Virus record (IMG/VR): IMGVR_UViG_3300032087_002549
Direction: 5' to 3' (one strand)
Source: an uncultured virus (IMG/VR IMGVR_UViG_3300032087_002549)
Taxonomy: Duplodnaviria > Heunggongvirae > Uroviricota > Caudoviricetes > Crassvirales
DNA: 64,000 bases
The position numbers were made by a program, and so were the translations under genes. Numbering within the stretch: position 1 is the first letter of the stretch; every line of letters begins with the position of its first letter. Below the pieces are notes generated by a model that saw nothing but the letters and a program-made list of their open reading frames with translations, was not told the origin of the DNA and did no database searches. Positions 57,694-64,000 of the stretch are shown one piece after another.

Positions 57694-58662
57694 ATGGGAT
57701 TATTTGATAACAGAATAGCGTATAAACCTTTTGAGTACCCAGAGTATTATACTGAGGGTTGGTTGAAACAAGCTCAAGCGTTTTGGTTACACACAGAAAT
57801 ACCTATGTCAGGTGATGTAAAAGACTGGAATGAACATTTAACAAAAGAAGAAAAAAACCTAGTAGGAAATATACTACTAGGCTTTGCTCAAACAGAATGT
57901 GCAGTGTCTGATTATTGGACACAAAAAGTTGTAGGATGGTTTCCTAAACACGAGATACAACAAATGGCAATGATGTTTGGTTCACAAGAAACTATACACG
58001 CAGTAGCATATAGTTACTTAAATGAAACTTTAGGTCTTGAGGACTTTGAAGCTTTCTTACATGAGCCAGCAACAGCAGAGAGGTTTGATAATCTAGTGGC
58101 TTATGATGGTAATGATCCTGTAGAGATCGGTAAGTCTTTAGCTGTGTTTAGTGCATTTGCTGAAGGCGTTAGTTTATATTCTGCGTTTGCAGTTTTATAT
58201 AGCTTTCAAATGAGAAACTTGTTAAAAGGTGTAGGTCAACAAATGAAATGGAGTGTAAGAGATGAATCATTACATAGCCGCATGGGCTGTAGATTATTCA
58301 GACATATGTGTGAAGAAAAAGACTTTTTAAAAGAGTCTTGTAAACCACATATAATAGAAGCCGCGCAAGTTATGCACGATGCTGAAATGAAATATATAGA
58401 TAAGATGTTTGAAGCAGGAGATATTGAAGGAATGAAATCTTATGATTTAAAACAATTTATAAAGAAAAGAATAAATGAAAAACTTGTGGAGCTCGGATAC
58501 AAAGAGCTCTCAAAAGAATTTAAATACGACGAAGAAGCGGCAAAAGAGCTTGATTGGTTTTATCATCTTACTGGTGGTCATACCCATACTGACTTTTTTG
58601 CTATTAGGTCGACAGACTACAGTAAAGCAAATGAGGGAGAAGATTTCGAAAATATCTGGTAA
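57694..58662 (+). CDS. nrdB: Ribonucleotide reductase class I beta subunit
   Basis: QETIHAVAYS, AEGVSLYSAF, RDESLH di-metal motifs and DFFA C-terminal motif. Confidence 0.92.
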   Translation: MGLFDNRIAYKPFEYPEYYTEGWLKQAQAFWLHTEIPMSGDVKDWNEHLTKEEKNLVGNILLGFAQTECAVSDYWTQKVVGWFPKHEIQQMAMMFGSQETIHAVAYSYLNETLGLEDFEAFLHEPATAERFDNLVAYDGNDPVEIGKSLAVFSAFAEGVSLYSAFAVLYSFQMRNLLKGVGQQMKWSVRDESLHSRMGCRLFRHMCEEKDFLKESCKPHIIEAAQVMHDAEMKYIDKMFEAGDIEGMKSYDLKQFIKKRINEKLVELGYKELSKEFKYDEEAAKELDWFYHLTGGHTHTDFFAIRSTDYSKANEGEDFENIW

Positions 58663-58667
58663 ATAAT

Positions 58668-60389
58668 ATGTGGAGCAATAGATGGAAAAAAGGCGAAGAC
58701 TACCCAGAGTGGGCAGACGCCGATGTATATAAAAAAACAATAACAGGAGGATATTTACATAATGGAGAAACACCAAGAGAAGCGTACAGAAGAGTTGCTA
58801 GAACGGTTGCGCAAAGACTACAGAAACCAGAAATGGAAGAGACGTTTTTTACGTACATATGGAAAGGTTGGTTATGTCTTGCGTCACCTGTACTTAGCAA
58901 TACTGGTACTGACCGTGGCTTGCCTATTAGTTGCTTTGGTATCGATGTTGCTGATAGCATTTACGACATAGGTACTAAAAACCTAGAAATGATGCTACTA
59001 GCTAAGCATGGCGGTGGTGTTGGTATTGGTCTAAACATGATAAGACCTTCTGGTGCAAATATTACAATGAATGGTACATCAGATGGTGTTGTACCTTTCT
59101 GTAAAATATATGACTCTACAATACTAGCTACCAACCAAGGAGCTGTAAGAAGAGGTGCTGCATCAGTTAACTTAAATATAGATCATAAAGACTGGGAAGA
59201 CTGGTTAGAAATAAGAGAGCCTAAAGGTGATGTTAATAGACAATCATTAAACCTACATCAATGTACTATAATTGGTGATAAGTTTATGCGTAAGCTTAGA
59301 GATGGTGATAAAGTTGCAAGACGTAAATGGGGTAAATTGCTACAAAAGCGTAAAGCAACAGGTGAACCTTATATAATGTACAAGGGTAATATTAATAAAA
59401 ATAACCCAGCTGCATACAAAGATAATGCTCTGAAAGTATTTATGACAAATATTTGTTCAGAGATAGTATTACACACGGATGAAAACCATAGCTTCGTTTG
59501 CTGTTTATCTAGTTTAAACTTAGCTAAATACCACGAATGGAAAGACTCTAATTTAATATATGATAGCATATGGTTTTTAGACGGTGTATTAGAAGAGTTT
59601 ATACAGAAAGCAAAAAATAGAAGAGGATTTGAAAACGCTGTAAGATCTGCAGAAAAAGGTAGAGCACTAGGTTTAGGTGTTTTAGGTTGGCATACATATC
59701 TACAACAAAAAGGATTTCCTTTTGAAGGATTATTAGCACAATATGAGACAAGAAGAATATTTTCACAAATTAAAATTGAAAGCGAAAGAGCTAGTATGGC
59801 TTTGGCAGAGCAGTATGGAGAACCTCTTTGGTGTGTTGGAACTGGTTTTCGTAATACTCATTTACGTGCTATTGCTCCTACTGTTAGCAATAGTAAGCTT
59901 GCTGGTAATATTTCACCGGGTATTGAACCTTGGGCTGCTAACGTCTTTACAGACCAAAGCGCAAAAGGAACTTTCATCCGAAAAAATCCAACTTTAATAA
60001 AAGAATTAGAAAAACATAAATTAAACAATAAAAAAACATGGGACCAAATACTGAGAGACGGAGGTTCAATACAAGGTATCAAACAATTAGAGAACGTTAC
60101 TATAGGAGAACACAACGTACCTATAAAAGAAGTTTACAAAACTTTTAAAGAAATAAATCAATTAGAGTTAGTTAATCAAGCTGGTATCAGACAGCAATAT
60201 ATAGATCAGTCTGTAAGTTTGAATTTAGCTTTCCCTTCACAAGCAGATCCTAAATGGATTAATAAAGTACATTTAGAAGCTTGGAAAAAAGGTATTAAAA
60301 CTCTATATTATATGAGAACCGAGTCTGTATTAAGAGGTGATATTGCATCTCAAGCTATGGACCCTAACTGTTTAAGTTGCGATGGATAA
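58668..60389 (+). CDS. nrdA: Ribonucleotide reductase class I alpha subunit (no ATP cone)
   Basis: ISCF, GGGVG, TNICSEI, AIAPT, IDQSVSLN, KTLYY and C-terminal CLSCDG. Confidence 0.92.
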   Translation: MWSNRWKKGEDYPEWADADVYKKTITGGYLHNGETPREAYRRVARTVAQRLQKPEMEETFFTYIWKGWLCLASPVLSNTGTDRGLPISCFGIDVADSIYDIGTKNLEMMLLAKHGGGVGIGLNMIRPSGANITMNGTSDGVVPFCKIYDSTILATNQGAVRRGAASVNLNIDHKDWEDWLEIREPKGDVNRQSLNLHQCTIIGDKFMRKLRDGDKVARRKWGKLLQKRKATGEPYIMYKGNINKNNPAAYKDNALKVFMTNICSEIVLHTDENHSFVCCLSSLNLAKYHEWKDSNLIYDSIWFLDGVLEEFIQKAKNRRGFENAVRSAEKGRALGLGVLGWHTYLQQKGFPFEGLLAQYETRRIFSQIKIESERASMALAEQYGEPLWCVGTGFRNTHLRAIAPTVSNSKLAGNISPGIEPWAANVFTDQSAKGTFIRKNPTLIKELEKHKLNNKKTWDQILRDGGSIQGIKQLENVTIGEHNVPIKEVYKTFKEINQLELVNQAGIRQQYIDQSVSLNLAFPSQADPKWINKVHLEAWKKGIKTLYYMRTESVLRGDIASQAMDPNCLSCDG

Positions 60390-61209
60390 TATAACAATAA
60401 AACAAATACTAGATCCAGTCGATCCTAAGAGGTTCTGGCTGAACTATTGGGGTAAAAAACATTTAGTTATTAGAAGAAATACATTTAAAAATTTATTTAA
60501 ATGGCATGATTTTACTAATTTATTAAATGGTTACCCTAGAAATTTAAACCACTTACAGATACTAGATTATGATGGTAAAGGTAATAAGTGGTGTTTAGAT
60601 AAAGTAAATAAAGGTAAATTAAAATTACCTATGTTAAAGAAAAAAGAAGTATTAGACCTGTGGAGGTCTGGTAAAACATTTGTTCTTTCAATGGCAGAAT
60701 ATACTAAACAAGACTTTGTTGAAATATGCGATGAGCTTGAAAGATATTTTGAAAGAGGTCAAGTTAATATATATTGCTCAAGTAAAAAAGATGCTGTTGG
60801 TTTTCCAGCGCATTGCGATAGTACAGAAAACTTTTTGTTTCATACAGAGGGTAAAGTTAAATGGACTATATATGATAACTCTGCACCTGAAAGAAAACCT
60901 GGAAAGGTTATTGATGAGTTTGTTTTAGAAGCTGGAGATTTATTGTACATACCACAGTACAGATACCATAAAGCCGAATCACTTACGCCTAGAATATCTA
61001 TAAGTATTCATTTTCCAAACAAACAAAATCAATCATTAAAAAAGTTTCAGATAACTAAAAAAGGTGTGAAAAGAGATGGTTGGTATAACTGGATGCCCGA
61101 AGATTTATATTATGATGCTAAAGGTAATAGCACAAGAGATGTACCTAGAAAATTTAGGATGGGCGGAACACGATGGAAAGAAACGTATTTTAATAATTTA
61201 AAAAAATGA
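60382..61209 (+). CDS. JmjC/cupin 2OG-Fe(II) oxygenase (RoxA/NO66-like)
   Basis: FW..YW.KK.L, GFPAHCD, EGKVKW, LEAGDLLYIP...H. Confidence 0.8.
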   Translation: MDNITIKQILDPVDPKRFWLNYWGKKHLVIRRNTFKNLFKWHDFTNLLNGYPRNLNHLQILDYDGKGNKWCLDKVNKGKLKLPMLKKKEVLDLWRSGKTFVLSMAEYTKQDFVEICDELERYFERGQVNIYCSSKKDAVGFPAHCDSTENFLFHTEGKVKWTIYDNSAPERKPGKVIDEFVLEAGDLLYIPQYRYHKAESLTPRISISIHFPNKQNQSLKKFQITKKGVKRDGWYNWMPEDLYYDAKGNSTRDVPRKFRMGGTRWKETYFNNLKK

Positions 61210-61406
61210 ATAGAGTAGCAATAGTAGAAGCTCCTCACAATATTAGAAACGCAACGTTAATGCCTAATTTGAATAAGGCGTTTTGCGCTAAATGGGTTAT
61301 TGACAATGTAGAAAAGATAGAGGATATTGAAACAAAGGATTATGATTGTTTAATATTGTTTGGTGATAAAGAAAAATTACAAAAAATAGTAAATGAAAGC
61401 AGGTAA
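61206..61406 (+). CDS. Hypothetical protein
   Basis: 66 aa, coupled to neighbours. Confidence 0.5.
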   Translation: MNRVAIVEAPHNIRNATLMPNLNKAFCAKWVIDNVEKIEDIETKDYDCLILFGDKEKLQKIVNESR

Positions 61407-61737
61407 AATATGGGGTAAAACAGAAATGATACATAAAAATGGTGTCATGGAGTTTCACCGAATAGAATTTAATAAAGGATTTAAATGCTCTGAACATGAG
61501 CATAGATTTAAATGGAACGGATTTTTTGTAGAATCCGGTAAAATGCTTGTCAGGGTATGGCAAGAAGATCAAGGTCTTGTTGATGAAACAATACTTGAAG
61601 CAGGTGATTTTACTATGGTAAAACCTGGTAAGATACATCAGTTTGAAGGTGTTGAAGATGGTGTTGCTTTTGAATTATATTGGGCTGAGTTTAATCACGA
61701 TGATATAATCAGAAGAACAGCTGGTACTAAGACATGA
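61393..61737 (+). CDS. Cupin-fold (sugar isomerase-like) protein
   Basis: CSEHEH..KWNGFFVESG...LEAGD...PG.IHQF. Confidence 0.75.
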   Translation: MKAGKIWGKTEMIHKNGVMEFHRIEFNKGFKCSEHEHRFKWNGFFVESGKMLVRVWQEDQGLVDETILEAGDFTMVKPGKIHQFEGVEDGVAFELYWAEFNHDDIIRRTAGTKT

Positions 61738-62372
61738 AAAACATAGCGGTAGTTATACCAGCAAGACTTAATAGTACTAGACTCAAACACAAAATGTTAA
61801 TGAAGTTCGATGATGAACCTCTAATACGTCTTGTGTTTGATAAAGTACGTATGATGGGATATGATACATTTGTAGCAACAGACAGCAAGCGTATTGCTAA
61901 ACTGTTTCCTATGAAATGGTGTATACAAACAGGTAAAGCCGATAACGGTACACATAGATTATCTAAACGAGTTGTATTAGATTTAGTAAATGGATATGAT
62001 TATGTATTAAACATACAAGGTGATATGCTTGATATAAATCTAGATACAATTAAACCTATAATAAAAGCATTAAACAAAAAAGATGTAGTATGTTTAACTG
62101 CATATACTAAAGGCGCTAAATCAGATGATGTTAAAGTTATACATCAAAATGGTAAAGCAATGTGGTTTACAAGATCTGACATAGGTTATGGTGATAGACA
62201 CTTAGGTATATATGCTTATAAACCTTATTTGTTAAAAGCATATAGAGCTATGAAAGATAAATATAAATCAGAAAACTTAGAACAAAACAAAATATTAGGT
62301 TTATACGATATTGATGTAGTTGAAACTACATATAATGGCGTAGAAATTAACACTTATAATGATATAAAATGA
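61734..62372 (+). CDS. kdsB: CMP-Kdo synthetase (Kdo cytidylyltransferase)
   Basis: VIPARLNSTRL..K, VATD, GTHR, NIQGD, HLGIYAY, LEQ. Confidence 0.8.
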   Translation: MKNIAVVIPARLNSTRLKHKMLMKFDDEPLIRLVFDKVRMMGYDTFVATDSKRIAKLFPMKWCIQTGKADNGTHRLSKRVVLDLVNGYDYVLNIQGDMLDINLDTIKPIIKALNKKDVVCLTAYTKGAKSDDVKVIHQNGKAMWFTRSDIGYGDRHLGIYAYKPYLLKAYRAMKDKYKSENLEQNKILGLYDIDVVETTYNGVEINTYNDIK

Positions 62373-62995
62373 AATATGCAGAAAAATACAAAGCACTACA
62401 CGAAGGTGCTGAATATAAAATAAAATATCCAGACGGCGAATGGAGAGTAAAAAAAGGTAACTATGGTAATGGTGCAGGTTTTAAAACTGTACTAAAACCT
62501 GTTAAAAAGTGGGTTGATGAAAACCCTGGCACAATGTTATTAGATTATGGTTGTGGATCTGGTATGGTTTGGGATAATAAAATGGCTATTTACAACGGTG
62601 AAAAATATACTAAACCAGGTAAACGTGTTCCTGAAAAATATGATGCCATGACACTTACACAGTTTCTTGGTGAAAACTTACAGGGTTTTTACAGGTACGA
62701 TCCTTTTCACCCTAAGTATTATATGAGACCACCAGATATTAAATTTGATTTAACAGTTGTTAATGATGTTATAGAGCACGTGCCATTAGAAGAGCTGCCT
62801 GCATTGTTAAGAGATATAGCTGATTTAACGTGTACTTGTGGCGCAATAGTAATGTCAATACCACAAAGCCCTTCACACGCGCATTTTATGGACGGTGAAA
62901 ATATGCACTGCACGTTAATGCCAAGAGGTGAGTGGAAAAAATTATTAAGAAAATATATACCAAAACATAAAATAATAATAAATTTTACTCCATGA
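62369..62995 (+). CDS. Class I SAM-dependent methyltransferase
   Basis: LLDYGCGSG, YDP, FDL...DVIEHVP, GENMHCT. Confidence 0.8.
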   Translation: MKYAEKYKALHEGAEYKIKYPDGEWRVKKGNYGNGAGFKTVLKPVKKWVDENPGTMLLDYGCGSGMVWDNKMAIYNGEKYTKPGKRVPEKYDAMTLTQFLGENLQGFYRYDPFHPKYYMRPPDIKFDLTVVNDVIEHVPLEELPALLRDIADLTCTCGAIVMSIPQSPSHAHFMDGENMHCTLMPRGEWKKLLRKYIPKHKIIINFTP

Positions 62996-63744
62996 AAAAA
63001 CCGATATTAATAGCTGGTCCGTGTAGTCTAGAAGGTAGAATACAAGCTCATGAAATATCTAACAAATGTCAAGAGCTAGCGGACAAATATGGCTTTGACT
63101 ATTATTTCAAAGCTTCATTTGACAAGGCTAATAGAACGTCTGTAAACTCTAAACGAGGTATTGGTATAGACAAAGCTATAGATATATTTGCTGAGTTGAA
63201 AGATTTAGATAGTTGTAAGATTACAACAGATATACATGAGCCTTGGCAAGCAGATAGGTTAGCTGACGTTGTAGACATTATACAAATACCAGCTTATTTA
63301 TGTAGACAAACTGATTTATTAGTTGCTGCAGGTAATACGTTTAGAAATATTAATATTAAAAAAGGACAGTTTATAAATGGTAGTAATATGGTGCATGCTG
63401 TTAATAAAGTTAAAAGTACAGGTAATAATAATATTATGCTAACTGAAAGAGGTAGTATGTTTGGTATGGGTGATCTTGTTGTAGATTTTAGACAGATCGT
63501 AGATATGAAAGAGTTAGGTGTACCAGTTATAATGGACTGCACCCACTCAACACAAAGACCTAATTCAGGTAGCACAACGGCTGGTCAACCACGCTATGCT
63601 ATACACATTGCAAAAGCTGCGAAAGCAGTTGGCGTTGATGGTTACTTTTTTGAAGTACACGAAAATCCTAGCGCTGCATGGAGTGACGGGTCTAATATGA
63701 TTAAGTTAGATAAATTTGAAGAAATATTAAAACAATTAGTATGA
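62992..63744 (+). CDS. kdsA: Kdo-8-phosphate synthase
   Basis: IAGPCSLE, KASFDKANRTS, QIPAYLCRQTDLL, KKGQF, TERG, DCTHSTQ. Confidence 0.92.
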   Translation: MKKPILIAGPCSLEGRIQAHEISNKCQELADKYGFDYYFKASFDKANRTSVNSKRGIGIDKAIDIFAELKDLDSCKITTDIHEPWQADRLADVVDIIQIPAYLCRQTDLLVAAGNTFRNINIKKGQFINGSNMVHAVNKVKSTGNNNIMLTERGSMFGMGDLVVDFRQIVDMKELGVPVIMDCTHSTQRPNSGSTTAGQPRYAIHIAKAAKAVGVDGYFFEVHENPSAAWSDGSNMIKLDKFEEILKQLV

Positions 63745-64000
63745 GAGTATTTATAGGGCATGATAGCAGATACCCAGACGCTACTAAAGCATGCTACAAT
63801 TCGATTAAAGCATATAACAAAAACATTAAAGTAATACCTTTATATAAACATAAGTTAATAAACAAAGGTGTGTATGGTAGAAAAGATATACAAGGTGAAT
63901 CAACAGAGTTTTCATTTACTAGGTTTTATGTGCCACTTATGTCTGCCTACAAAGGTGTGTCTATGTTTTGTGATAATGACTTTATATTTAGAGATGATGT
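63741..64000 (+). CDS. GT-A (GT8-like) glycosyltransferase, truncated by window
   Basis: Hand translation MRVFIGHDSRYPDA...STEFSFTRFYVPLM...MFCDNDF (DxD motif). Confidence 0.7.
   Translation, partial: MRVFIGHDSRYPDATKACYNSIKAYNKNIKVIPLYKHKLINKGVYGRKDIQGESTEFSFTRFYVPLMSAYKGVSMFCDNDFIFRDD

Noticed and set aside
1..64000. Stop-codon reassignment as in some crAss-like phages
   Set aside because: The standard code gives dense, full-length genes, and TAA, TAG and TGA all end recognisable proteins.

Overview
AT-rich 64-kb segment of a dsDNA tailed phage genome. It is most likely a podovirus-like phage of a Bacteroidota (Flavobacteriia-type) host. That call rests on AT-rich leaders without Shine-Dalgarno sites and a TerL/portal/scaffold/MCP/stabilisation-protein block of crAss-like/Cellulophaga-phage size and order. 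Two arms diverge at about 43 kb. The minus arm carries GroEL/GroES, a holin, tail fibres, two giant Thr/Ser-repeat proteins with tailoring enzymes, packaging and capsid genes, tail proteins and three probable ejected core proteins (one of 2622 aa). The plus arm carries small early genes, tRNA-Met(CAT) and tRNA-like RNAs, DNA ligase, a sigma-like factor, ERF/exonuclease/SSB, primase-helicase, a ThyA-family enzyme with the dCMP-type Asp, MazG-like proteins, class I RNR and a JmjC/cupin/KdsB/MTase/KdsA/glycosyltransferase cluster. Best candidates for novelty: (1) a putative virion glyco-fibre system of mucin-like Thr repeats, an RMT2/GAMT-like methylase fused to a dead Hint domain, a KpsS-like CMP-Kdo transferase and phage CMP-Kdo synthesis genes; (2) a 73-nt tmRNA tRNA-like domain with G3-U70 but no mRNA domain; (3) two conserved DNA motif families. 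All functional calls are by-eye motif recognition, not database hits.
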